From NCBI RefSeq assembly GCF_006345805.1, contig NC_043024.1:18042001-18106000 (forward strand): a DNA stretch of 64,000 nt, written 5' to 3'. The position numbers and the translations under genes were made by a program. The notes under the pieces are model-generated. The model saw only the letters and a list, made by a program, of their open reading frames with translations. It was not told the origin of the DNA and made no database searches. Source of the stretch: Octopus sinensis (Eukaryota). Shown piece after piece: positions 12,971 through 27,217 of the stretch; the stretch's first letter is position 1; each line of letters starts with the position of its first letter.

Positions 12971-14232
12971 TGTTTTGTCTGGGGAGAGATACCTTAGAGT
13001 ATGGTTCATTTTTTAGATTTATGTTTTTACAGATGATATATATATATATGTATATATATATAAATATGTCTCTGTGTTTATATATATGTATATATATAGA
13101 TATATATGTATATATATGTGTGTGTGCATATTTATATGTATGTATGTATATGTGTATGTATTTATATAAATATATATGTATTTATACATACACACACACA
13201 CACACACACATATTTATATAATGTCTATTTATGTACTTGTGTAAATATTGTGGGTGTGTAAATATTTCTGTTTACATATATTCACACATGCACACATACA
13301 TACACACGTGGTTATATATGTGCAAACAAGTATGTGTATGCGTACCTGCAATTGTATCATTTTCAGAATAATGCATCTGTATCTACGTATGTGCATTTGT
13401 GTATACATCTGTTTATATATGTGTATAGATTGATTTTTTTAACTTTTTATATAGTTTTGCTATAAATGGAAAAGAATGGAAAACATTCTCCCCCGACACC
13501 TCTGTCTGTTAGACAAGATGTCAATATTTAGTATGGTAGATTTGATAAATGGTATTCTAAAGCTTTGATATATATATGCAGATATCAATGCAATTATCAA
13601 TAATATATTTATTGCATTTATTGTACAATTAGAAAATCTTGTTTTGACTTTTCCCCTCTTTCTATTTATTTTTCATAACTATTTATACTTTCATGGTTTG
13701 TTGGGCCTACATTAGATTAGCTGCGAAAGGAGAGAATCCAAACATTCTGATCTTTCAACCTTACAATTAACATAGAAACGAACTTAACAACAGTTTATTT
13801 TAGCAGATCTCACATTAGGTTTAAGCTTTTGCTTATATAAGCCTTTAGGAAGCTTTACAAAAAAAGCTTTCATAAATATTGAGTCATACCAACCCACTTT
13901 AGTTTTCAGAAACCTCATAAATAATATCAGTAGGATTTTGAGTGCATCTGCTAGTAAGATACACACACACACACATAGGCACACACACACACACACATAG
14001 GCACACACACACACACATAGGCACACACACACACACATAGGCACACACACACACATATATATATAAAGGCTGGTTCAAAGTTTAAATCTACATTTTCAAT
14101 TCGATTTGGTATTTACAAAATCTACAGTATCCTACCAATATCTGATATCTTCGTGTGAACCCTATGTTACTGTACCTAACTATTTCTGGCATCCTATGTA
14201 TTATGCCTAGATTCTATTGAATCCTATAAATA

Positions 14233-14267
<35 letters not shown>

Positions 14268-14290
14268 ATATATTATATATATATATATAT

Positions 14291-14529
14291 TTAATAATAT
14301 CAGGGTAATAAAGATTTTAGAAATTTTTACTACCAGTGGCCTAGTGTATAGAAAAATTAGTCAATAGACTATATAGTATTTATAGTATTCATATAAAATA
14401 CAGTGTACATTTAAACACATTCAGAGGTTTATCCCTAATTAGTGGTTTGAACTTTAGCTGTTCCTTCTAGCATAAGGGGGTCCTATGATGGAAACCTTAA
14501 TGTGTTTAATGTGTACACTGTATTTTATA
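14291..14529. repeat. (TA)n-embedded fold-back element
   Basis: Leader aataatatcagggtaa...ccagtggcctag resembles 4088, 44915 and 57490; inverted arms 14392-14421 and 14499-14529. Confidence 0.6.
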
Positions 14530-17500
14530 GATATATATATATATAACAACCATGCTGGGGGTACATAAAGAGCACCTTAGGAGCACTGGGCCTCATGGGG
14601 GTAATAACAAATGACCAAGACTTTTGGCAATATGCTTCGCTTAAGAAGGAAGATCCATCAAGTCAAGTGAAATTGTAATCATGGCAGATCCTGGTGTCGC
14701 ACAACTGGTGCCTGTCCCAGTGGTGCATAAAAGCACTTGTTACACTCTTGGAGTGGTTAGCATTAGGAAGGGCATCCAGCCATAGAAACTATGCCAAATC
14801 AGACTGGAAGTCTGATGCAGCCCCTCAACTTACCAGTCCTAGTCAAACCATCCCACCCATGGACAACGGATGCAAAATGATAATGATGATAATAATGTGG
14901 ATGATGATGATATATATGAAACCAAGTAATTGGGTGGCCATTTGTCCTTTTGTTTTGTTTTTCATACTACAGGGTATTAAAAAAAATTCACTCTAGTTTA
15001 ATCACCAATGGTTAGACCATACAACAGACTATGCCCAACATGTGCTATGGGGTTACATTTTACCTGTAGCACAGCAGCACAGCACTAACACCACCACCAC
15101 CACCACCACCAGCAGAAGCAGTAATCTGACTGATAGACAGTCAGTCAAACAGGCAGATAGGGCAGGCAGGTAGGCAGAAAGAGAGAGGTTGCTGTTTTGA
15201 ATGAGATAGCTTAACAGTTAGCTGTTGCTTAGAATATGTAAATCCATTTTTTTTATCCAACTTCCAATCCGGTATGAAACATAATTTGTCTTCAGAGGTT
15301 CTTTTAGTATTATATGCATCTTACATTGTAAAAGAAAAGCTGATTTCTGTCTGTCTGCCCATAACAACATCTGTGTATAGAGGCAGGAGAAGGGGAGGAG
15401 AAAACGTCATTGATGAGAAAGAAATACAGTAAGAGACAGCCAGACATTGTGCATAAAAGATAGATAAATAGATAGTGTTGTCACCTTAGTAACTAACAAG
15501 TTTTGATTAAAAACGCAGGAATTTTAAGTGCAAGTCTGTCAACATAACATAAACTTCAAAACAAAGACTACATATATATACTCTTTACTCTACTCTTTTA
15601 CTTGTTTCAGTCATTTGACTGCGGCCATGCTGGAGCACCGCCTTTAGTCGAGCAAATCGACCCCGGGACTTATTCTTTGTAAGCCCAGTACTTATTCTCT
15701 CGGTCTCTTTTGCCGAACCGCTAAGTGACGGGGACGTAAACACACCAGCATCGGTTGTCAAGCAATGCTAGGGGGACAAACTCAGACACACAAACATATA
15801 CACACACACACTTATATATATATACATATATACAACAGGCTTCTTTCAGTTTCCGTCTACCAAATCCACTCACAAGGCATTGGTCAGCCCGGGGCTATAG
15901 CAGAAGACACTTGCCCAAGATGCCACGCAGTGGGACTGAACCCGGAACCATGTGGTTGGTTAGCAAGCTACTCACATATATATATATGATATATATGATA
16001 TATATTGTTATTGTTTTATGGTCGTTTGTGTGTGTACGTGTTTCTGTGTCTTTCAGTATATAGACAATGCAACACAGACTTTAAAAGAAGACTTTCACTT
16101 TGGCTGTGTGGTAAGAAGCTTGCTTCCCAACTACATGATTCTTAGTTCAGTCCCACTGCATAGCATCTTGGGCAGGTGTCTTCCACTATAGCCTCAGACC
16201 AACCAAAGCCTTGTGAGTGGATTTGGTAGATGGAAACTGAAAAAAGACCGTCGTATAAATGTGTGTGTGTGTTTATGTATATGCGTTTGTACCCCCTACC
16301 GCCACTTGACAACCAATGTTGGTGTGCTTACGCCCCCTAAACTTAGCAGTTCAACAAAAGAAACTGGTAGAATAAGTAGAATAAGACAACAAATAAGTCC
16401 TGAGGCCGATTTATTCAACTAAAGGCAGTGCTCCAGCATGGCTGCAATCAAATGACTGAAACAAGTAAAAGAATAAAAGAATATATGCATGATTAACTTA
16501 CATGTTTGCCAGCAGCCTAGCAATGGGTAAGAATCTAGTTTGACTAAATTACAGGGTCTATAGCTGAGAGCAGAATAAAACAGGTAACGTTTTATTATAA
16601 TATCATAAATTTGTGATGTTATAATAAAGGGTTTAACTGAATCTTCTGCTTTGTCTTATTAAAAAATGTAAAAAGCACCATTCAAGCGAGGTTGATGCCA
16701 ATGCTGCCTGACTAGCCCTCATGCTCGTGGCACATAAAAAGCACCCACTACACTCTTGATGCGGTTGGTGTTAGGAAGGGCATCCAGCTTGCCTGATCGG
16801 ATTGGAGCCTGGTGCAGCCTTCTGGCATGAAGTCCTCAGTCAAACCGTCCAATCCATGTCAGCATGGAAAGTGGATGTTAAATGACGACGATGATGATGA
16901 TGATGATGATGACATATATATATATATAGTTATATAATTTTGCCCGTCCAAGTCTTCGCTCTCTCCTCTATCAACTCTCTCCTATCAACCTTCGCGTATT
17001 CGCGGTGCGTCCGCCCTTGCCCACCCCCACCACCAATACCGGATATCTCTATATTTTGCTCCATCTATACCGGATGTCGCTTCTCCCACCACCATTATAG
17101 GTGTCTACTCTTCGAACCCCCCTCTTCAATACGCTATTTCACCATGCATTACCCCTCTCGTGATATTCTACGTTCTACTTGTCTAGAACCTGTCATCGTT
17201 TCTCCGAACACCCCTCCCCACTGGTGCTCCCCTATATTCCTGCACCCTCCCCCACATAAAAAAAAGCACCATCCGAACGTGGCCGATGCCAGCACCGCCC
17301 CAACTGGCTTCTGTGCAGGTGGCACATAAAAAGCACCAACCGACCGTGGCCGATGCCAGACCCCTCTGGCACCCGTGCAGGTGGCACGTAAAAAGCACCC
17401 ACTACACTCGCAGAGTGGTTGGCGTTAGGAAGGGCATCCAGCTGTAGAAACACTGCCAGACCAGACTGGAGCCTGGGGTAGCCCCTGGCTCCCCAGACCC

Positions 17501-18840
17501 CGGTCGAACCGTCCAACCCGTGCTAGCGCGGAAAACGGACGTTAAACGATGATGATGATGATGATGATGATATACACACGTGTGTGTGATAGTGTGTATA
17601 TATATATACATTCACATACACACATGTTACTTCAGTTACTGAATCTCCTCAACAAGACCCCCTGCACCCCACTCTTGTTCTTTGCATTTGTGTATGGTAA
17701 TCATGAGCTTTCATGATTCTGAGAGGTCCACTTCTGATGTGGTCTGGGGTTTGGTAAAATTTGTTTTGGTAAAATGCCAGTAATACATAATTTTTATACA
17801 ACACACACACACACATATATATATGCATATATATACATATACATGCATATATATACATACATACATATATATATACATGTATATGTATATATATAAATAT
17901 GCACACACACACTCACATATATATATACATATATATATATATCTATACAAAAATACACATTGTATATATGGATACACACACATATACAATATCAATAATA
18001 ATTTATAAATATATATTCGTTCTATTTCTATGTTTTGTATGCACTCATCCATCCTTACATTTTACACACTTGTTGTAAAGCTGTCTACAAAGTCAATTAG
18101 TATATATATCTCTCAGCGCATACATACATGTGTGTACATGACTCTGTGTATGCATGCATGTGTATTTGTGTGTGCGTGTATGTATGTGTGTATGAGTCGT
18201 TATCAGGATAATTAGTATGACAATGATTGAGTTATTAATCTCATCTTTTATGCATATTTCTGTTTCCCTCCATATTTTAGATTAATCTAATTAAATCCCT
18301 CCACCCTTGCCGTCCCCACCACACATATGATGTGATAATTCTTTCTGGAAAATACTAGAATGGCTGCCAACACAGAAGTTTCATTATTGTCATTTAGTTT
18401 CTCATAAGCCCTGATCTAACATACCTCTGATCAAAAACATGCCACACATGACCATCCCATCTTCTAGGATTAAATTTCCCTTGATGTCTTCCATTGTTTT
18501 AATGTTAGCTGCCCTACCTATGAGGTGGTTAGCTAGCAGAGTTGTTAGCTAGCAGAGTTGTTAGCATGCCTGACAAAATGCTTGGTAGCATTTCCTCTGA
18601 AACTTTACATTGTGAGTTCAAATCCTGCTGAGGTCAACTTTGCCTTTCATCCTTTTAGGGTCAATAAAATAAAGTACAAATTAAGCAATGGATCCAGTGT
18701 ACTTGTACTTGCAGAGGCATTTGTGCAGGGTAGGCTCAGCCAGCTCCGAGTTCACCACATCCCTCACAAATGCTGATCACATTCAGTGGTCAGCCACTGT
18801 TGAGACTGTAGTGGACACCTGTCCTGTTTCCCCTAATGAA

Positions 18841-19010
18841 GACCATAGACACAGGATCCTGACTGTACTTCCACAACTGTTTTTACTATGACACCCACTC
18901 CTGGTTCCCCTACAGAAGGCCATAGACACAGGGTCCCAACTGTGGTTCCACATTCACCTTTTCTATGACATTCCTGATTCCCCAAATAAAGACCATAGAC
19001 ACAGGGGCCC
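18841..19010. repeat. Degenerate ~75-bp tandem repeat
   Basis: g(a/g)ccatagacacagg at 18841, 18918 and 18991, with ctatgaca...cctg.ttcccc shared between units. Confidence 0.7.
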
Positions 19011-19666
19011 ATCCATGCTGCCATGACCTCCTTTACCATCGCCAGCCATGTCTTCAGTTGCCCTCCAGCTCATTTGCACCTGCCTGAAAAGTGGGGTTGG
19101 GGCCAGGTTGACTGCCTTGAGAATGAATTCTCCCAGAGGCTGACAGAGAGTATGGCCAAGACACCTGATATGTCTTGTGAGTAGAGCTTGTTGAAGAGAG
19201 TTGATGCAACAGTGTTGTCATATTTTGGGGACCAAAATGAAGTCCAATGAGCGAACATGCAGAATTCAACACTGGGGTCAATGTTATTCAATGTTATTTA
19301 TTAGCCCTATCTTCCAAAATTTCAGGTTTTATAGTAAAAAGGGTTATTATTAAGATAATGTTGTTGTTGTTGTTTAACCTAAAGTCAGTTCTGGTCCAAC
19401 AGAGCTATGATCAAAAGTGGTCCAGCTATGGCCATCACACCTTTTTCTTAAGACATATTGTATCTCTTAATACATTATTCAATGTGTCCATCTTCTTTTA
19501 AAGAAGTAGGAAATGGTTTGATGGTGAGGTGATTTAACTACCATTTCCAGCAAGTCAGAGCAATCCTAGCACATAGTTTTTAAGCCTTGAACTGTTAAGT
19601 TATATAAACAAACCAAAACCAGTTACCAAGCAGTGGTGGAAGACAAACACAAAATCACACATGCAA

Positions 19667-19713
<47 letters not shown>

Positions 19714-20165
19714 ATGTGATCCAGGGAAGATGGTTTTGTAATTTCTTGCTGAGCATCTTTCACAAACGATTTGTTTATAGTGATCAAGCATGTGTATGTA
19801 CATGCTGTATATTAACCCACTCCCTCCATCAAATCAATAGCCTTTTCTACTCTAGGCACAAGGCCCGAAATTTTTGGAGAGGGTGGGGCCAGTCGATTAG
19901 ATCAACCCCAGTGCACAACTGGTACTTAATTTATCAACCCCAAAAGGGATGAAAGGCAAAGTCGACCTCAGTGGAATTTGAACTCAGAACGTAGCAAGAG
20001 GCAAAATACTACTAAGTATTTCATCCAGTGTGCATCAAATCAGTATTGCCGACACAGAGGCACAGTGTGCCATTTGTCAGAGCTGATCATGGAAGAACAT
20101 GAGATAAAGTGTTTTGCTCAAGAACACAGTGCACCACCTACTCTGAGAATTGAACCCATGATGGT

Positions 20166-20227
20166 GAGTGCAGTACCCTAATTAGGTTATATTATTAATA
20201 ATATAACCTAATTAGGGTACTGCACTC
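20166..20227. repeat. Perfect 62-bp palindrome
   Basis: gagtgcagtaccctaattaggttatattatt|aataatataacctaattagggtactgcactc. Confidence 0.95.
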
Positions 20228-21090
20228 AGGTTATATTATTAATAATTAATATTCATTAGCATGCCAGGCAAAATGTTTAGTGGTATTTCATCCATACTCT
20301 TTTACTTGTTTCAATCATGTGACTGTGGCCATGCTGGAGCACCACCTTTAGTCGAGCAAATCACCCCCAGGACTTATTCTTTGTAAGCCTAGTACTTATT
20401 CTATCGGTCTCTTTTGCCGAACCACTAAGTTACGGAGATGTAGACACACCAGCATCAGTTGTCAAACGATGTTGGGGGGGACAAACACAGACACACAAAC
20501 ATATACATGCACACATACATACATATATATATATATATTTATACATATATACGATGGGCTTCTTTCAGTTTCCGTCTACCAAATCCACTCACAAGGCTTT
20601 GGTCAGCCCGAGGCTATAGTAGAAGACATTTTGCCCAAGGTGCCACGCAGAGGGACTGAACCCGGAACCATGTGGTTGGTAAGCAAGCTAGTTACCACAT
20701 AGCCACTCCTATGCCTTTAAAAATTGATTTGCTATTATTACTATACAGGTCACTGCCTGGAATTGAACTCGGAATCTTGGGGTTAGTAGCTTGCGCTTTT
20801 AACCACTACGCCATATGCCTGTGGGAGTTCAAATTCTGCCAAGGTCGACTTTGTCTTTCATCCTTCCAAGGTCTATAAAACAAGTACCAATTGAATGCTG
20901 GGCCTGATGTAATCGAATTACCCACTCTCCCACCCTCGTGTCAAAATTTGAAATCATTATTATAAATGAGTATAAAGCAGCAAGGTGGCAGAACTGTTAG
21001 AATGCTGGACAAATTGCTTTGCGACATTTCATTTGTCTTTACGTTCTGAGTTCAAATTCTGCCGAGGTCAACTTTGCTTTTCATCCTTGC

Positions 21091-21377
21091 AGGGTCAATA
21101 AAGGTTGACTTTGCCTTTCATCCTTCCAGGGTCTATAAAACAAGGATGAAAGGCAAAGTCTACCTCAGTATTAAACATGGACCCCAGTATGACCCCAGAA
21201 TGGACTCCAAGATGAAAGGGTCAATAAAGGTTGACTTTGCCTTTCATCCTTCCAGGGTCTATAAAACAAGGATGAAAGGCAAAGTCTACCTCAGTATTAA
21301 ACATGGACCCCAGTATGACCCCAGAATGGACCCCAAGATGAAAGGGTCAATAAAGGTTGATTTTGCCTTTCATCCTG
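21091..21377. repeat. 126-bp tandem repeat (2.3 units) built from SINE C core in both orientations
   Basis: agggtcaataaaggttga at 21091, 21217 and 21343; each unit holds gactttgcctttcatcc...ggatgaaaggcaaagtc. Confidence 0.9.
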
Positions 21378-24300
21378 GGGTCATACTGGGTCCATATTGA
21401 ATACTAAAGTTGACTTTGCCTTTCATCTTTCCGGTGTCTATAAAACAAGTACCAGTTGATTACTGGGATCAGTGTAATCAATTCATCCCCTACCCCAAAA
21501 TTGCTGTCTTTGTGGCAAAAAATTGAAACCATTATTATAAATTATTTCTGCAAAGTGGCAGAATCGTTAGCATGCCGGACAAATTACTTAGCAGCATTTC
21601 ATCTGTTTTTCCATTCCAAGTTCAAATTCCATCCAAGGTCAACTTTTGGGTCGATAAAATAAGTACCAGTTGTGTTACTGGGGACAATGTAATTGACTTA
21701 CCCCGCCACCCTTGAAATTTTGCTGGCTTTTTGCCAAAATTTGAAGCTTGTGTTATTATAAATGTGAATGTATGTGCAAATGGACTTAGGAATATGGGTC
21801 ACGGGATGACTGGAAGAATCTGCTGACGTCTGGATCTTAAGATATTTGTGAAAACTAGGACAAGACAAGAGAAATAATGGAAAAACTATAAAAAAAAAAG
21901 AATAAATACAACAGGAAAAGACACCAGCATAAATGATGATGACGACGATGACAATGATGGTGGCGGAGCAGAGGTGGTGGTGGAAGAAGAAGAAGAAAAA
22001 GAAGACGATGAAAAATAAGACGAATTATATAAATGTAATATTTCCAAGAAAAATGTAAAGCAAATTCAAATAAAAAAAATAAATAAATAAACACAAGAGA
22101 CAAATAAGTATAAAAGAAAAAATTTTAAACAAATAAAAAAATAATAATAAAAGATCTGCAGAAACAGAAAAATCCACAATTTTCTATTTATAGACTTGAA
22201 AATCTCCAGATTAGCCAGTTGGTCGGTTGGTCGGTTGGTGGACAGATAGAAAAAATGCACTGGTTGGCTGACTGGCTGGTTGGTTTAGTTTGGTTATTGG
22301 TTGGTCAGTTGGTCAGTTATGTACCAATACTACGTACAAACAGTGCTGAGACAGATAGACTTTTACGACCGATTTGTTGTTGTTGTCGTTATTTAAAACT
22401 AATGGCTAAATAAAGAACATCAGTTTCTGAACACTTTGCCTCCTCCATCACCACCACCATCATCATCATCATCACCACTACCATCACCACCGCCACCATC
22501 ACTGGCAGCTCCACCACCATCATGGAATGGATGTGGAATGCTGAGACAAACATGGGATAGAAGTTGGTGATGATGAGGAGAAGGAGGAGGAAGAAGGAGG
22601 GGTGAGATGTGAGTCGAGGAAGTAAGTGGTGGGGGTGGGTGGGTTTCATGTCTCGGAAGAGGTGGGCGTGTCACTTCGGTTTAGTTTTAACTGTCTGCCT
22701 GTCCATCCATGCCATCCCATTCAATTCCCTCCATCTCTTCCCATCTCATGCATACAGACATAAACACATAGACACATGTACAAGCATACACACACACACA
22801 CACACATAAATATACATATGCACACACACAAACACACAGATGCAGACACAGACACACACACGCACACACACAAACATACACAGATAGATGCACATAAAAT
22901 GCACACACACACACTTATGCAAACACACAAACATACGCACACACACACATAAATATACACACATACATATACACACACACATACAAACATACACAGATAG
23001 ATGCACAGGAAATGCACACCCACACTTATGTAAACACACACAAACATACACACACACAGACACAGATGCAAACACAGACACACACGCACACACATAAACA
23101 TACACAGATAGATGCACATAAAATGCACACACACACTTATGCAAACACACACACACAAATGAATATACACACGCACATACATGCACACACACACAAACAT
23201 ACACAGATAGATGCAAATGAAATGCACACACACACATGCACACACTCAAACACGCACACACACACACTCACACACACACACACTGTTATCTATTGGCTGT
23301 GCCTGTTTTATTGATGGTTCCAAAAATGGCACGATTGGATATTTACGCTGTCTGACAACAACTACAGCAACAACAACAACAACGGCTGTTACAATAAGAT
23401 TGATATCAAACAGTGGCAATATCCATCTGATAGAAATGGTCAAAAATAACACAGTATTGATAAGGTGATGGGGGGAGGGAGAGGAAGAGGAGGGGGAAGA
23501 TGCTGATGGTGATGATGATGAGAGTGGTGGTGGTGGTGGTGGTGGTCGTGGTGGTGATGGTGATAGCAGCGAGTTGATAGTGATGACAGTGATGATGATG
23601 ATGATGATTTTCTCATTTATTTCTTTATTATTTTAGTTTATTTTTATTTCTTGTGATAATGGGGTTTTTTTTGCCATGACGGTGATGATGATGATGATGG
23701 TGATGAGGGATGAATATGAAAGCCTATCCACGGACAGATAGCTTCATAGAAAACGAAACAAACGAACGAGCAACACGGTTTGAATGTAAAGTACGTACAA
23801 CAACAACAGCAACAACAAAAACCAGAGCAGCAGCAGCAACAACATCAGTAACAAATGTAACAACAGAAATAACCCTAATAACATCAACAACAACAACAAT
23901 TACAACCATCTGATGAAAATATTTCACAATGCCGATAGTGATAAGCCAAATGGTTTCTATCATTGGTATTGTAGCACCACTCATTCATTGGGTTGAGGTG
24001 GGGGTAGACGGGGAACATTCAATTAGAGCAACTCTTGTACCAGGCTCTTGTACCCATCTACTTTGTGGCCTCCAGAATTATGATAAAAAATGGCAGAGTT
24101 GACCTCTATGAGAAGAAGATTTGGAATTCAGAATCATCACCACCATCATCATCGTTTAACGTTCGCCTTCTGTGCTAGTATGGGTTGGATGATGTGACAG
24201 GAGTTGGTCAGGCAGGAAGGTGCCTGCACCAGACTTCTGTGTCTGTCTTGGCAGAATTTTTCTGGCTGGATGTCCTTCCTAAAACCAGCCACCCTGTAGA

Positions 24301-25429
24301 ATGGACTGAGTGGTTTTACATAATGCAAGCATAGACAAGGTCAGTTTTGGCATGGTTTTTACAGCTGGATGCCCTTCCAAATGCCAACCATTTTACAGTG
24401 TGGACACGATGCTTTTTACATGGCACCAGCATGTGGTTGGTAAAAATATGTACCTGTGATAAACTGGGGTCCATCCACATAGACTAGTCTTTAACTACCT
24501 CTCTGGGCCAGAATCATTAATGATCTCCCCACCACCACCATCACCATCCATCAACATTTCACCAAAATTATCCCAGCCCCACTGACTGGCCTCTCTACAA
24601 AACACAAACACTTGATTTTTTTCCCCCCTTCTCATCACCAGTATTGTGTCCACCCCCTGTCTGCCTCCACCCATTCCCAGGGGTCTTGAGCCAACCACTT
24701 TTTTCCTGTCCTTCTTCACCCTTATATCAATCCTCTGAATTTCTCTCCTCCAAGTTTTCTCTGTAGCTGTCAGCAAGCCATTGTTTAAGAACAAACATCA
24801 ATCACATCAATGTCACCGGTCTTAGAAGACCGATGAAGATTGTGGCCACAGCCTGAAATTTGGGTGGGAGAGAGGAAAGTTCACTACATCAATCCCAGTG
24901 CTCAACAGGTACTTTAACTGGCCACATGAAAGGATGAAAGGCCAAGTCCATCTCAGCAATATTTGAACTCAGAACATGATAACAGACGAAATAAGACCAA
25001 ACCTGATTCAAACCAAAATAGTAAAAATAATAATAATTTCAAATTTTGGCACAAGGCCAGCAGTTTTGGGGGTGCAGGAGTTAGTCATTACTATCAATCT
25101 TAGTGCTTGACTGGTCCTTTATTTTATTGAGCCCAGAGATGATGAAAGTAAGGTTGACTCTGGTTGAATTTGAACTTAGAATATGAAGAATAGGAAGACA
25201 CAACATTAAGCATTATGACTGTCTTTGATTTAGGCACAAAACCAGCAATTTTTGAGGGGAGGGGGAGTAATCGAGACCATTGATTCCAGTACTTGCCTGG
25301 CGTTTCATTTTATCAACCCTTTGGCAGGATTTGAAATCAGAACAAAAATCTGGAATGAATGCCTTGAGGTGTTTTTTTCCTGATGTTTTAATGACTCTGC
25401 TAATGCTGGAAATCAATCGAATATAGAAA

Positions 25430-26785
25430 ATATTTGATACAAATAAAAAGAAAGAGGCGGATATAGGAACAGAAAATTCTAAAGGAAAATATTGTGAACC
25501 AGGCAGTGTAAAGGTGGAAATAATTAAAGAATTAAAAACAATGGATTTGCTGATAAATCAATGAAAGTATTTCCCTTGGGTAAAACAAAATGTTAAGATA
25601 GCAACAACAATGATTGTCAATGCAAACTTGACCATCAACGATTTAATAAAGACAGACACAAACATCAATATCACCAGGTTGCCTGAAATAATATATATAC
25701 TACAGACACTGTTGTTAATAAAGTAAATAGATATTCCCTTAGATGTGGCTGAATAGAAATACCAATATCAAAGCAAACAGGATGGAAAGGAAATATAGAG
25801 GAAGAGATTGAAAATAAGAGAAAAGATGTCTCAGTCGTTAATGATATCAATAAGAGAAATGACAAAGCTGAGAAAATAAAGGGGAAACAAATACTATAGA
25901 AAGATAACAACAAAAGAAGTATTCAAATTTGGAGAATGTTAAACAAGTCATCTTTACTAAATTGTAAAGAATTTGTCTGTTATAGAAACCAACAAGAATT
26001 CTTTAAATGCAAAAGAAAGAAACAGTTTAACTCCAATGCAAAACTGTTTTCTCAAGAATTTGGTAAGAATAAAATAGGAATCAATGCAGTACAGACTGCA
26101 AGAGAAGTATAATAATTCTAGAAATGAGTATGGAGAGGGAAGGAATTCCTACAGATGGAATTTTTGATACCAATAGAACACAACATCAGAGAAGCCATAA
26201 CAAGACAAAATACATAAGACCTCATTATATAATGGAATCTCAAACATCTGGTTAAAATATTTAACCCATTAGCATTCAAACCAGCCATATCCTGCCTAAA
26301 TATTCAACCAGTTTTGTGTTAAAACTGGCCAGATCTGACCTCTTGCACCTATCCTACAATGTCATTCTAAATGTAAGCAGTCATAGGAAAATGTCTTAGC
26401 TTCAAGATAATGCATAATTCAAAACAATGCAAATAAATAAGCATTAGATTTGACAGGGTGATCTGAACGCTGAAGGGTCAAACACTACTGCCACTCAAAG
26501 ACTAACAACTGTATTCTGTCTTTCTTGGACATCAGAAAGTGACAATTATTCCTGTGGTACTTGTTGCTCTTGGCACAATACTCAAACAGCTGTCTAAGAG
26601 GCTGAAGAATACTGGAACTGTGACACATATTGTTGTCTTGTCTCAAAATATCATCCTGTATTCTGTGAGAATTCTCAGAAAAATTCTTGAGGTTGGAAGA
26701 AACTTGTTTCCAGACCTCAAGGAACTATCCCTTCTATCTAATATAGTGTGTAATAGCTTTGAAATAATAATAATAATAATAATAC
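25430..26785 (+). mobile_element. R4/Dong-type non-LTR retrotransposon remnant with RT region deleted
   Basis: Decayed pre-RT region (..IIYTTDTVVNK..WKGNIEEEIENKRKDVS..) and C-terminus VTIIPVVLVALGTILKQL...NIILYSVRILRKIL ending in (AAT)n; interrupted by a MITE. Confidence 0.65.
26261..26481. mobile_element. piggyBac-like MITE
   Basis: ttaacccattagcatt ... aacgctgaagggtcaa terminal inverted repeats. Confidence 0.6.
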
Positions 26786-26807
26786 TAGATGCAAAAATAG
26801 AAGTGCC

Positions 26808-27079
26808 ATTGCTATCAAGTGAACGATATTTCAACATCTTGTGTGTCTTCCACAGGTTCAAAAAGTAAACTTGTCAATCTACTTCATTTTGGTTAATATT
26901 TATAGGATTCAGGTACCTCCTCCAGAAGATATAGAAGCGAAAGTAGAAGAGTGCCATTCTGTATCTTCTGGAGGAATTACTTCAATCCTATTAACCGAAA
27001 TGAAGTAGATTGACAAGTTTATTTTTTGAACATGTGGAAGACACATGAGATGTCAAAATATCGTTCACTTGATGACAAT
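26808..27079. repeat. ~270-bp fold-back element
   Basis: About 90-bp imperfect inverted arms plus an inner cctccagaagata/tatcttctggagg stem; bounded by (AAT)n. Confidence 0.75.
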
Positions 27080-27217
27080 AATAATAATAATAATAAATGC
27101 CCTGATGCAGTACCAGGCAGTGGCTCTCGTGGCTTCTGATTGGAAGTGTTATTATGTACATTGTTTTGTCTTGGTATAAAAGATGGGCTACAGCAAATAT
27201 TCTGCTCAATACCACTG

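Noticed and set aside
18690-19250. GC-richer segment with short ORFs as a possible exon
   Set aside because: No motif recognised, all frames interrupted, includes a tandem repeat; more likely decayed repeat DNA.
22389-22674. Pro/Gly/Asp-rich ORFs and a GTAAGT donor at about 22621
   Set aside because: Built on (CAT/CAC)n and (GGA)n repeats; no plausible in-frame exon on the + strand.
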